A DNA stretch of 62,273 bases, the filler included. It is 16 parts of 16 records of this genome, joined end to end, with 100 filler letters (N's around TTAATTAATTAA, not from the genome) between each part and the next. Parts side by side here need not be neighbours in the genome. Positions count along the whole stretch, not along the records: positions 7,574 to 13,481 come from SRR11831586_1974; positions 13,582 to 16,191 come from SRR11831586_1976; positions 16,292 to 20,214 come from SRR11831586_1978; positions 20,315 to 23,355 come from SRR11831586_1980; positions 23,456 to 25,464 come from SRR11831586_1983; 11 more parts are not named here. One strand, 5' to 3'. Below, piece by piece: positions 13,216 through 25,564 of the stretch (positions are counted from its first letter, which is position 1; each line of letters begins with the position of its first letter). Under the pieces are notes generated by a model that made no database searches, was not told where the DNA came from, and saw only the letters and a list, made by a program, of their open reading frames with translations. The position numbers and the translations under genes are program-made.

Positions 13216-13260
13216 ATGAGTTTTTTTAAAGCTCGTAATTAATGGCTAAAACGAGTAAAG

Positions 13261-13286
13261 TTCACCGCCGAAAATTGGGCGGTGAA
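13261..13286 (+). terminator. Hairpin downstream of ycfH
   Basis: TTCACCGCC...GGCGGTGAA inverted repeat. Confidence 0.6.
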
Positions 13287-13289
13287 TAA

Positions 13290-13481
13290 CCACGTTTGAA
13301 ATATTGTGACATATGTTTTGTCAAAATGTGCAACTTCTCCAATGATCTGAAGTTGAAACGTGATAGCCGTCAAACAAATTGGCACTGAATTATTTTACTC
13401 TGTGTAATAAATAAAGGGCGCTTAGATGCCCTGTACACGGCGAGGCTCTCCCCCCTTGCCACGCGTGAGAACGTAAAAAAA
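13290..13481 (+). promoter_or_regulatory. ptsG promoter and 5' leader with CRP site (~13356-13377) and Mlc operator (~13388-13410)
   Basis: Lies after ycfH as in E. coli; contains a CGTGA-N6-TCAAA CRP-like site and a TTATTTTACTCTGTGTAATAA Mlc-like site. Confidence 0.75.
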
Positions 13482-13626
13482 NNNNNNNNNNNNNNNNNNN
13501 NNNNNNNNNNNNNNNNNNNNNNNNNTTAATTAATTAANNNNNNNNNNNNNNNNNNNNNNNNNNNNNNNNNNNNNNNNNNNNAAGCACAGAGCAGGGGCGA
13601 AGGGACTGTTCCCGTCGCGTACGCAC

Positions 13627-15417
13627 CCACTGTGTGAGGGAGGAATCGGATCGCGAACCGTTCGTTGTCTTGTGCGCAGTCATACAGCTATCGCAGAGGG
13701 CTCCATCAGCCTGCATAATGCACTAAGAAGAGCTCCGTACCTCCACAATAGGAGCAATGTCATGGTCCAGCGTAAGGCGCAGCATGCCGGTTGAGTGACT
13801 GACATCTGCGTGGCGAATGTTGCGGTAGGGAATGTCCACCAGCTGGCGTTCGGCCTGCAAGGAGTGAGTATGCATGCGGCCTCATCACAACGGTGGAGTG
13901 CGCTGCGTACGGGATTGGAGAGCGAACCCAGCCACATCGCAATGGTGCTGCGCCCAAAATCTACACACACAGAGCCGGACAGTGAGCACAGAGGCGGCAG
14001 TGTGGTACTGACAGTGCGCAATTACCCACGAACGGCTGTGCAGCCCACTCGCCCTTGGTCTGCCAGTCCGCCCCCGGGTAACTCGCGGCGGAGCACACAG
14101 ACACCCTTCGATTTGAAGCTCCACACGCTACACCACACCCCTTGAGCCGCGAGCCATTGAACACGTGCTCATGCACCGTACCTTCGCACAGACCCTGCCG
14201 CGTGGTTGAGCTTGTCCAGGAACTCGCGCATGCGGGCCAGAAGGCTCTCCTCCGAGTCGCCTGGCGTCACACTCAGCATCTCGTTGGCAAACTTGGCGTT
14301 CCCCGAGAGCATTGCCGTCAGCTGTGCAGCCCCGCCCTTGAAGGGCGACACCAGACGCAGAAGAAGCTCCACTATCTGCGCTTGCACCTCATAGTCTGCA
14401 GTGCACAGTTACGTTGCGCACAATGTAGTCACGCAAGGAGAAACAAACGGTATAAACGATATGCAACAGCACCACTGCCGCGCGTTATTATCCACTCGTA
14501 CCTCCTGCGATCAGCAACAGTGGGCCCAGCTGGGAGACCTTGGGCAGGATACCGTGTGCGTCTTTCAGCACAAATTTGCACAGGTCAAAGCCACCATCCG
14601 CCACACAGAAGAGGAAGGTCAGCGTCTCCGCGGCGGCACGGCGCACGCGAACATCGAGAGCCAACTCTGTTGCGGACATGCGGTTAGACGACTCAACGCA
14701 CGGCAAGTGCGGCACGTACCCAGCACCACGTCGCAGAGAGCTTCGCACAAGCTTTTCCCAATCTCCAGCTTTCCTTTGTCCTCAGCAATGCATTCTGTTA
14801 AAGTGGAGACTTTGTTGATGACGGAGAACGCGTAATAGCTGGTTTGCGAGTCCACCCCCTGATCGAGAATGAGCTTGATCGGGGCCTTCAGCTGCAGTTG
14901 CGCGCGTTAGCGCCACAGAGAGGAGGTGGAACTGCGCCGTACCGCATCACATAATCCGGATTTCACCAGCTGTCGAAGTGCATCAACATTGCCGGTGATG
15001 AGCGCCTCCAGGGTGCTCAGGAGCGTATCAACGTTTGCAATGTCCTGACTTTCACTCTAGTAGCTCAGTGTATGAGGCGCAACCTCGTATCAAGAAGATA
15101 AATTCATGGTGATGGTAGAATGCGACTTGAAAACAACTTAGAAGACTGGAAGTACATGAAATCGTACCTGAGTTAGAAGGTCGTTGAGGATATTGGCGGC
15201 CTTTTTGGAAAGCGGATCTTTTTTGGGGCTCATCGCCAATCCCCTGCCTAGCAGTTTCTGGTTATTGTATTCTGCCAACCGCGAGAACATTTTGTCCGGC
15301 GGTGACTGCACCACTTCCTCTATCTATTACCATGAGAAACACCAGTGAGCAGGTTAATCTGAATTGTCAGTTCCGTAATCCGCTCATTCGCGACGCCATT
15401 CGTACCTGAATACCCAT
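13627..15417 (-). CDS. SYCP2-like ARM + PH (Spt16M-like) domain protein (meiotic axis family); multi-exon, 3' partial, one probable homopolymer frameshift at 14071-14075
   Basis: Ten exons with GT donors splice to MGIQIEEVV...LLLIAGDYEVQAQIVELLLRL...MREFLDKLNHAAGSVRSVWSF...PFVDFGRSTIAMWL...LVDIPYRNI...LRLTL. This is collinear with SYCP2 AGDYDLQV.IVEALCR / CR.FLN.VN / VFTFP / WIDFN. Confidence 0.7.
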
Positions 15418-15779
15418 GCTCAACGATTACAATAGTGCAGGAGAGTAGGAATGACTACAATCTCACTTGCAAACGAATGGAGCGTTCAGAAGAGAAGAGC
15501 GAGAGACATGAAAACATTTACCAAATCGCATTATTGATTCACGTCCTCTGACAAGCAGGGGACCACACGTGACCATTGCTATGCATGCATCAGGCCGCAA
15601 CAAGCGAATGTCCATAGACGAAACAATAACCACCCCCACACCGCGCAAGCCTGAAGACGTCGTCCTCCCACGCTCAACATATAAATAAATATACAGACCA
15701 GTGGACATAGTGCTGAAAGACACAATCCACGAACCGAATACGTAGTCACACGCCGTAAACCACTGCGGTCATACCGACC

Positions 15780-16191
15780 TCAGCTCAAGCCTGCCCACCG
15801 CTGACAAACACCAATCAGCTGCTGCCGATCGATCGGCTTCGATACATAGTCCACACACCCAGCGTCAATACACTTTTGCCTGTCCGTCTCCAGGGCATGC
15901 GCGGTCAATGCGATGATGGGCCGCGCATAGCTGCTGGCCCTGAGCTTCATCGTGGCCTCGTAGCCGTCCATCACAGGCATCTGCATGTCCATCAGCACCA
16001 GCGTGTGCGGCGGGTCGGCCTGCATCGCCCGCTCCACGCCCACCAGCCCGTTCTCCGCCAGCTCCACCCGCGCCCCCGCACGGCCCAGGAAGGCGGTCAG
16101 GATGCGCTGGTTGTCCTCGCCGTCCTCCACAAGAAGCACCGCGACGCCCTCCAGCGGCTTGGCCTTCTTCGCGGGCGCGGGCGCGCAGCAG
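15780..16191 (-). CDS. C-terminal receiver domain of a hybrid histidine kinase / response regulator; 5' partial
   Basis: LLVED acidic pocket, LMDMQMPVMDG phospho-acceptor Asp, IIALTAHA and SKP are all present, preceded by an Ala/Pro/Lys linker. Confidence 0.93.
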
Positions 16192-16291
16192 NNNNNNNNN
16201 NNNNNNNNNNNNNNNNNNNNNNNNNNNNNNNNNNNTTAATTAATTAANNNNNNNNNNNNNNNNNNNNNNNNNNNNNNNNNNNNNNNNNNNN

Positions 16292-18660
16292 GCGATCTGC
16301 CCGGTGAAAATAGCCAGCGGGAAGTTCCACGGACTGATACACACCACAGGCCCTAATGGACGGTGGGTTTCGTTAGCGAAATCATCCCGCACCTGTCCGG
16401 CGTAGTAGTGGAGAAAATCGACCGCTTCGCGCACTTCGGCAATGGCGTTACTGAAGGTTTTTCCGGCCTCACGCACCAGAATACCAATCAGTTGCTGCAT
16501 CTGGCTTTCCATCAGCACGGCAGCGCGGTGCAAAATCGCTGCGCGTTCAGCCGGAGGCGTGGCAAACCAGATTGGCGCGTTATTAACCGCACTTTCCAGC
16601 GCCTGTTCTACTTCACGCGGCGTGGCTTCACGCACATAGCCCACAATATCTTTCGGTTCCGCAGGGTTAATAACGGGCGACATCTCACCTGCCGCTACCG
16701 GTTGTTCCAGCATTGGCAAGGCCTGCCATTTTTGCAGTGCACTATTGAGCAGGGCAGAGGAGAGCGAGGCCAGGCGGTGTTCGTTAGCGAGATCCAGCCC
16801 TGCCGAGTTGTCGCGCCCGTGACCGTAAAGATCGCGCGGCAGGGGAATTTTCGGATGCGGTAATCCAGTTTGCCCTTCCTGTTGCGCCAGTTTTTCTACA
16901 GCAGTGACCGGATCGGCGACCAGTTCATCCAGTGGCAAAGAGGTGTCGGCAATACGGTTAACAAACGAGGTGTTAGCACCGTTTTCCAGCAGGCGACGCA
17001 CCAGATACGCCAACAGCGTTTCATGTGTGCCAACCGGAGCATAAATACGACACGGACGGTTAAGTTTGCCGTCGGCAACTTTCCCGGTGACCTGCTCATA
17101 CAGTGGCTCGCCCATACCATGCAGGCACTGGAACTCGTACTGACCCGGGTAGTAGTTCTGCCCCGCCAGTTGATAAATCGCCGCCAGCGTATGGGCGTTG
17201 TGCGTCGCGAACTGCGGGTAGATTAGATTCGGCACCGCCAGCAGCTTTTTCGCACAGGCGAGATAAGAAACGTCGGTATACACCTTGCGGGTATAAACCG
17301 GATAACCTTCAAGGCCGTCCATCTGCGCACGCTTAATTTCACTATCCCAGTACGCGCCTTTCACCAGGCGAATCATCAGACGGCGACGGCTGCGGGTGGC
17401 GAGATCAATCAGGTAATCGATCACCAACGGGCAGCGTTTTTGATAAGCCTGAATAACAAAACCGATGCCGTTCCAGCCTGCCAGTTCCGGCTCGAAACAG
17501 AGTTTTTCCAGCAGATCGAGGGAGATCTCCAGGCGATCGGACTCTTCGGCGTCAATGTTGATACCAATATCGTACTGACGCGCCAGCAGGGTGAGTGATT
17601 TCAGACGCGGGTAAAGCTCTTCCATTACCCGGTCATACTGGGCGCGGCTATAACGCGGATGCAGCGCCGACAGTTTGATTGAAATGCCCGGCCCTTCATA
17701 GATGCCACGACCGTTAGACGCTTTACCGATGGCGTGAATCGCCTGCTGATAGGAAACCATATACGCCTGTGCATCTGCGGCGGTCAGCGCGGCTTCGCCC
17801 AGCATATCGTAAGAGTAACGGAAACCTTTCTCTTCCAGCTTGCGGGCATTGGCTAACGCTTCCGCGATGGTTTCGCCAGTGACGAACTGCTCACCCATCA
17901 GGCGCATCGCCATATCCACACCTTTGCGGATCAGCGGTTCACCGCTTTTACCGATAATGCGGTTCAGCGAGCGGGAGAGGCTGGCTTCGTTATGGGTGGA
18001 AACCAGTTTGCCAGTAAACAGCAGCCCCCAGGTGGCGGCATTAACAAACAGTGACGGGCTACGACCAATGTGTGACTGCCAGTTACCGTTGCTGATTTTG
18101 TCGCGAATTAACGCGTCGCGGGTGGCTTTGTCGGGAATACGCAACAACGCTTCCGCCAGACACATCAGCGCCACGCCTTCCTGCGATGACAGCGAAAACT
18201 CCTGCAATAACCCCTGGACCATACCTGCGCGACCACTGGCATTTTTTTGATTACGCAGTTTATCGGCCAGCTGATACGCCAGTTTGTGCGCCTGTTCAGC
18301 AACTGGCTGCGGCAGGCGGGCTTGTTCCAGCAGCATAGAAACCGCTTCGGTTTCCGGGCGGCGATAGGCCGCGGTGATCGCGGCGCGGGAAACCGACTGG
18401 GGCAATATTTGCTCGGCAAAGTCGAGGAATGGCTGGTGTGGTTCCTCTGCCGGAGTCGGTGCTTCATCGCTCTCATTGGCCGCGCCAGAAAGCAGCGCAG
18501 GTAGCTCCGGCAGAGTATCGCTGTTTTCCAGTTGTTCGAGATAAGAAAAAATCGCCTGCTTAATTAACCAGTGTGGTGTGCGATCGATACGTGTCGCGGC
18601 AGACTTAATACGCTCACGCGTCGCGTCGTCCAGCTTAACCCCCATGGTGGTGGTTCCCAT
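16292..18660 (-). CDS. putA: Bifunctional proline dehydrogenase / P5C dehydrogenase PutA, 3' partial
   Basis: MGTTTMGVKLD ribbon-helix-helix N-terminus; RLVKGAYWD motif. Confidence 0.99.
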
Positions 18661-19082
18661 GCCATTACTCCTGTTGTTCAGAAAGGTGCAACTTAACGTT
18701 ATCGTGAAATATCCATGATGTTGCAACTTTGTGCAACCATGTTAAATGTGACATGCGTAGCAAGCTTAAAAATGAATGAAATGTTAATAAAAGAAATCGA
18801 TATGACAGGGATTAAAAAAATAACTCAGACTTTTTCTCTGCGGCAGTTAACATTTTTGAAAGGTGCAACCGCAAAAAATGTGAGAGAGTGCAACCTGATG
18901 AAAAATAGTGTCGCTGAGCACTAAAATTTAATGTAAATGGTGTGTTAAATCGATTGTGAATAACCAGCGCTTCCGGCAGGATACGGTCGCCCTGGTAAAA
19001 CATAAACTCTGTTACCCCGTTCCGGTGGCAGATATAACGGCAAGTTTCGACATTGCCGATAATAATTTTTTGGAGACTTTAG
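18661..19082. promoter_or_regulatory. putA-putP divergent control region with GTTGCA/TGCAAC PutA operator boxes
   Basis: TGCAAC boxes at about 18687, 18722, 18732, 18864 and 18889. Confidence 0.85.
18802..18924 (+). CDS. Small 40-aa ORF in the put control region (I recall it is annotated as YmdG in K-12)
   Basis: MTGIKKITQTFSLRQ...; the identity is from memory only. Confidence 0.4.
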   Translation: MTGIKKITQTFSLRQLTFLKGATAKNVRECNLMKNSVAEH

Positions 19083-20214
<1,132 letters not shown>

Positions 20215-20446
20215 NNNNNNNNNNNNNNNNNNNNNNNNNNNNNNNNNNNNNNNNNNNNTTAATTAATTAANNNNNNNNNNNNNNNNNNNNNNNNNNNNNN
20301 NNNNNNNNNNNNNNCCAAACTAGTTTGTTGCAATTAGCATCCTTGCACCTCTATGTAAAGGGCTGAAGGGATTCGGATGTGATGGTATGATTACAGACAT
20401 TCGTGTCTGAGATTGTCTCTGACTCCATAATTCGAAGGTTACAGTT

Positions 20447-21379
20447 ATGATCATCGTTACCGGCGGCGCGGGCTTTATCGGCAGCAACATCGTTAAAGCC
20501 CTGAATGATAAAGGCATCACCGATATTCTGGTGGTGGACAACCTGAAAGACGGCACCAAGTTTGTGAACCTGGTGGATCTGAATATCGCAGACTATATGG
20601 ATAAGGAAGACTTCCTGATCCAGATTATGGCTGGCGAAGAGTTCGGCGATGTCGAAGCGATTTTCCACGAAGGCGCGTGCTCTTCCACCACCGAGTGGGA
20701 CGGCAAGTATATGATGGATAACAACTATCAATACTCCAAGGAGCTGCTGCACTACTGCCTGGAGCGTGAAATCCCGTTCCTGTACGCTTCTTCCGCAGCC
20801 ACCTACGGCGGACGCACCTCCGACTTTATTGAATCCCGCGAGTACGAAAAACCGTTGAACGTCTACGGTTACTCAAAATTCCTGTTTGATGAATATGTTC
20901 GTCAAATCCTGCCTGAAGCGAACTCGCAGATTGTTGGCTTCCGTTATTTCAACGTTTATGGACCGCGTGAAGGCCATAAAGGCAGCATGGCGAGCGTCGC
21001 TTTCCATCTCAACACCCAGCTTAACAACGGTGAATCACCGAAGCTGTTTGAAGGTAGCGAGAACTTCAAACGCGACTTCGTCTATGTGGGCGACGTGGCT
21101 GATGTGAATCTGTGGTTCCTGGAAAATGGCGTTTCCGGCATCTTCAATCTCGGTACTGGTCGTGCGGAATCCTTCCAGGCGGTAGCTGATGCTACGCTGG
21201 CTTATCACAAGAAAGGCCAGATCGAATACATTCCGTTCCCGGATAAACTGAAAGGCCGCTATCAGGCGTTCACTCAGGCAGATCTGACAAATCTGCGCGC
21301 GGCGGGTTACGACAAACCGTTCAAAACCGTTGCTGAAGGTGTAACGGAATACATGGCCTGGCTGAATCGCGACGCATAA
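20447..21379 (+). CDS. hldD: ADP-L-glycero-D-manno-heptose 6-epimerase
   Basis: GGAGFIG Rossmann motif, YGYSK; also called rfaD. Confidence 0.99.
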
Positions 21380-21388
21380 GAGCTCTGC

Positions 21389-22435
21389 ATGAAAATACTG
21401 GTGATCGGCCCGTCTTGGGTTGGCGACATGATGATGTCGCAAAGTCTCTATCGCACGCTCCAGGCGCGCTATCCCCAGGCGATAATCGATGTGATGGCAC
21501 CGGCATGGTGCCGTCCATTATTATCGCGGATGCCGGAAGTTAACGAAGCTATTCCTATGCCTCTCGGTCACGGAGCGCTGGAAATCGGCGAACGCCGCAA
21601 ACTGGGTCATAGCCTGCGTGAAAAGCGCTACGACCGCGCCTACGTCTTACCCAACTCCTTCAAATCTGCATTAGTGCCTTTCTTCGCGGGTATTCCTCAT
21701 CGCACCGGCTGGCGCGGCGAGATGCGCTACGGTTTACTCAACGATGTACGCGTGCTCGATAAAGAAGCCTGGCCGCTAATGGTGGAACGCTATATAGCGC
21801 TGGCCTATGACAAAGGCATTATGCGCACAGCACAAGATCTGCCGCAGCCATTGTTATGGCCGCAGTTGCAGGTGAGCGAAGGTGAAAAATCATATACCTG
21901 TAATCAATTTTCGCTTTCATCAGAACGTCCGATGATTGGTTTTTGCCCGGGTGCGGAGTTTGGTCCGGCAAAACGCTGGCCACACTACCACTATGCGGAG
22001 CTGGCAAAGCAGCTGATTGATGAAGGTTATCAGGTGGTTCTGTTTGGCTCGGCGAAAGATCATGAAGCGGGCAATGAGATTCTTGCCGCTTTGAATACCG
22101 AGCAGCAGGCATGGTGTCGGAACCTGGCGGGGGAAACACAGCTTGATCAAGCGGTTATCCTGATTGCAGCCTGTAAAGCCATTGTCACTAACGATTCTGG
22201 CCTGATGCATGTTGCGGCGGCGCTCAATCGTCCGCTGGTTGCCCTGTATGGTCCGAGTAGCCCGGACTTCACACCGCCGCTATCCCATAAAGCGCGCGTG
22301 ATCCGTTTGATTACCGGCTATCACAAAGTGCGTAAAGGTGACGCTGCGGAGGGTTATCACCAGAGCTTAATCGACATTACTCCCCAGCGCGTACTGGAAG
22401 AACTCAACGCGCTATTGTTACAAGAGGAAGCCTGA
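21389..22435 (+). CDS. waaF: LPS heptosyltransferase II
   Basis: Recognised sequence and operon order. Confidence 0.99.
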   Translation: MKILVIGPSWVGDMMMSQSLYRTLQARYPQAIIDVMAPAWCRPLLSRMPEVNEAIPMPLGHGALEIGERRKLGHSLREKRYDRAYVLPNSFKSALVPFFAGIPHRTGWRGEMRYGLLNDVRVLDKEAWPLMVERYIALAYDKGIMRTAQDLPQPLLWPQLQVSEGEKSYTCNQFSLSSERPMIGFCPGAEFGPAKRWPHYHYAELAKQLIDEGYQVVLFGSAKDHEAGNEILAALNTEQQAWCRNLAGETQLDQAVILIAACKAIVTNDSGLMHVAAALNRPLVALYGPSSPDFTPPLSHKARVIRLITGYHKVRKGDAAEGYHQSLIDITPQRVLEELNALLLQEEA

Positions 22436-22438
22436 CGG

Positions 22439-23355
22439 ATGCGGGTTTTGATCGTTAAAACATCGTCGATGGGCGATGTTCTCCATACGTTGCCCGCACT
22501 CACTGATGCCCAGCAGGCAATCCCAGGGATTAAGTTTGACTGGGTGGTGGAAGAAGGGTTCGCACAGATTCCTTCCTGGCACGCTGCCGTTGAGCGAGTT
22601 ATTCCTGTGGCAATACGTCGCTGGCGTAAAGCCTGGTTCTCGGCCCCCATAAAAGCGGAACGCAAAGCGTTTCGTGAAGCGCTACAAGCAGAGAACTATG
22701 ACGCAGTTATCGACGCTCAGGGGCTGGTAAAAAGCGCGGCGCTGGTGACGCGTCTGGCGCATGGCGTAAAGCATGGCATGGACTGGCAAACCGCTCGCGA
22801 ACCTTTAGCCAGCCTGTTTTACAATCGTAAGCATCATATTGCAAAACAGCAGCACGCCGTAGAACGCACCCGCGAACTGTTTGCCAAAAGTTTGGGCTAT
22901 AGCAAACCGCAAACCCAGGGCGATTATGCTATCGCACAGCATTTTCTGACGAACCTGCCTACAGATGCTGGCGAATATGCCGTATTTCTTCATGCGACGA
23001 CCCGTGATGATAAACACTGGCCGGAAGAACACTGGCGAGAATTGATTGGTTTACTGGCTGATTCAGGAATACGGATTAAACTTCCGTGGGGCGCGCCGCA
23101 TGAGGAAGAACGGGCGAAACGACTGGCGGAAGGATTTGCTTATGTTGAAGTATTGCCGAAGATGAGTCTGGAAGGCGTTGCCCGCGTGCTGGCCGGGGCT
23201 AAATTTGTAGTGTCGGTGGATACGGGGTTAAGCCATTTAACGGCGGCACTGGATAGACCCAATATCACGGTTTATGGACCAACCGATCCGGGATTAATTG
23301 GTGGGTATGGGAAGAATCAGATGGTATGTAGGGCTCCAAGAGAAAATTTAATTAA
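22439..23355 (+). CDS. waaC: LPS heptosyltransferase I, 3' partial (K-12-type C-terminus CRAPRENLI)
   Basis: Recognised sequence. Confidence 0.98.
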
Positions 23356-23547
23356 NNNNNNNNNNNNNNNNNNNNNNNNNNNNNNNNNNNNNNNNNNNNT
23401 TAATTAATTAANNNNNNNNNNNNNNNNNNNNNNNNNNNNNNNNNNNNNNNNNNNNTCCGAGATGCGATGCACCCAGCACACGGTGCATGGCGTGGGTGCA
23501 TTGCTCAGCAAGCACCGCACACCTCCAACATGCAATGTTAGCCAACA

Positions 23548-24712
23548 TTAGCGGGACCGATGATCCATAGCCGATGCCTGGATCGCGCCGATCGCAGGAA
23601 GCATGTCAAACATATCGTGTGGGATCACTCCCTGGATCCAGGCGGCCAAGATATCGACAATCGCGTCGGACCGCCCCGCATCATGTTCGAAGAGGGTCGT
23701 GCGGTGAAGCACGTCGTCCTTGGTCACCACGAAGAAGCGCCAGAGCAGCCCGCTGGTGAGCACACCGAACGCCGTCGGAAGCCTGATACAAGCGCACAGG
23801 ACGCACACAGTGGTAAGAGGCAGAAACGCAAAGAGATATGAGACAACGACGTGCTGCTGGCTATTGCGGAGGGCGGCACACTGCGCGACTGCCTGGCCGA
23901 ATCCGTTATCGAACGTATCTTCGCCTTTGGGTATCATCATCACGCTGACTGGTGTTTGCAACTCGGCGAATCCATGGAGATGGTCGCGTGCAGAACCTAC
24001 CATCGCGCGAGTAACGTCGTCAGTGTTCTTCGCCATAAGGAATTATACCTGTTACATCGCGACCAAACGCGTAGTCGACCACACCGTGCACAATGATTTC
24101 ACCGACGGCTGTTGCAGCCAGGGTGTACTCTGGACACACACCGACGCTGCCCGGAACGCGTCGTAGCGCCTCCAGAATATACTGATCTACAAGACAGCGC
24201 CGTCCTGTTTCCGCCTGCATAGAGCCACGATCAGCACTCAGAAGAAGCAGTCACAGATCAACGCGCGTTTACCTTCAGCAAGAAGTTGGTTTCAATAACT
24301 GAAAGTGCCTCGAGAAACTGCTGCGACACCGGAGCGGGTTTCCGTTTATATGCCCACAAACTGGGCGCTCTTTGCAGGCGAAACAGCGGTAAGTCGCTGT
24401 TCGTGATTGCAGAAAACTCGATCGCTTCCGCATCCTGCAGCAGGGCGCAACCAAATAGTCAGTCCTTGCAACATCCGGCTGCAACGCGAACACGTGCACA
24501 CGCACCGGTGCGATGCAACTCAGAAAACGGTCGGCAAGTCCGCGATCCAACGCCTTCACTCTATTGACAGCAGCGAGCAGACCACTGAGGTTGACTCGAC
24601 GGCAAATAGAAGCAGCTATTTTCGAGTCCTGCTTTCCGATTTGGACCTTCTCTCGCATAACAGTGGAGGTCCACTTTCGCCTTACTTCGTCCACCTCGCT
24701 CGCGTCCGACAT
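23548..24712 (-). CDS. Multi-exon protein with a Crinkler/HsdR-N-like restriction-endonuclease-fold domain
   Basis: Spliced product contains AETGRRCLVDQYILEAL, PEY, GVVDYAFG, MIPK..TFDNGFGQAVAQCAA and FGVLTSGLLWRFF, matching the E..RR..+D / G.+DY / K...F..G+.Q / YG+.T.G..W.F pattern. Confidence 0.65.
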
Positions 24713-24972
24713 TTCATACAGTCGATGTGCAATTGTAGGTACAGTGCAATGATTTGGCTTCTTCGTGTGCCTTTCTGACACCCTGCAGCTACGAGTACGT
24801 ATCGATCCATATACATATATAGATCGACATACATGTTATCGATACATCTCATAACATACCTATGTAATAGGGCCGTGCCCTAGCTAGGTAGAGACCAAAA
24901 GTGCACTCACTGAAGCCATGTACTGTTAATATGTAAACTCGCGGTGACACCATAGATTTGTCTGAGATACAA

Positions 24973-25464
24973 ATGCCTCGGCGTTGTCGACCGACCAATG
25001 CTTTGCCTGTTCTCATCGCCCTTTTGATTGGAACCATCTACTGTCACTCCATCATAAATCCCCCCAAAAAAGAATATGACCTCTGCGTTTATGGTGGTAC
25101 AGCCTCTGGTGTCATAGCTGCAGTCGCGGGTCCGTCAATTCTGGTTCGCCATCCATACTGAAATTCTGTAGCTGCTCGAAATGGAATGTCTGTGGCTCTC
25201 ATCTCCGAGAACAATCATCTTGGAGGTACGTGGCTAAGGGATCGCCCACTACTTTCTATTTTCTGCGACAATGCGCATTGCACATCAGGCCGCGGAATCA
25301 CTGTTAGCGGTCACGGTCTAATGTGACTCAATATGAAATAGGCATGGTAAGCGGGGGTCTATCAGCCACCGACAAAGGAAACTCTAGTGTAATCGGTGGA
25401 TTGACCTTGGAATTTTTTGTGCGCGTGGGCAAAGAATACGGACATGTGGACGGTCAGCCCGTAT
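24973..25464 (+). CDS. Secreted FAD-dependent oxidoreductase (FAD_oxidored-like), intron-containing, 3' partial
   Basis: Signal-peptide-like N-terminus; YDLCVYGGTASGVIAAVAAARNG...HLGGMVSGGL spliced across two introns. Confidence 0.85.
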
Positions 25465-25564
25465 NNNNNNNNNNNNNNNNNNNNNNNNNNNNNNNNNNNN
25501 NNNNNNNNTTAATTAATTAANNNNNNNNNNNNNNNNNNNNNNNNNNNNNNNNNNNNNNNNNNNN

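Noticed and set aside
23348-23355. waaC contig ends exactly on a natural TTAATTAA, suggesting a cut at the spacer motif
   Set aside because: Another natural TTAATTAA in putA (~18560) is unbroken. This is probably coincidence at the edge of the AT-rich waa region.
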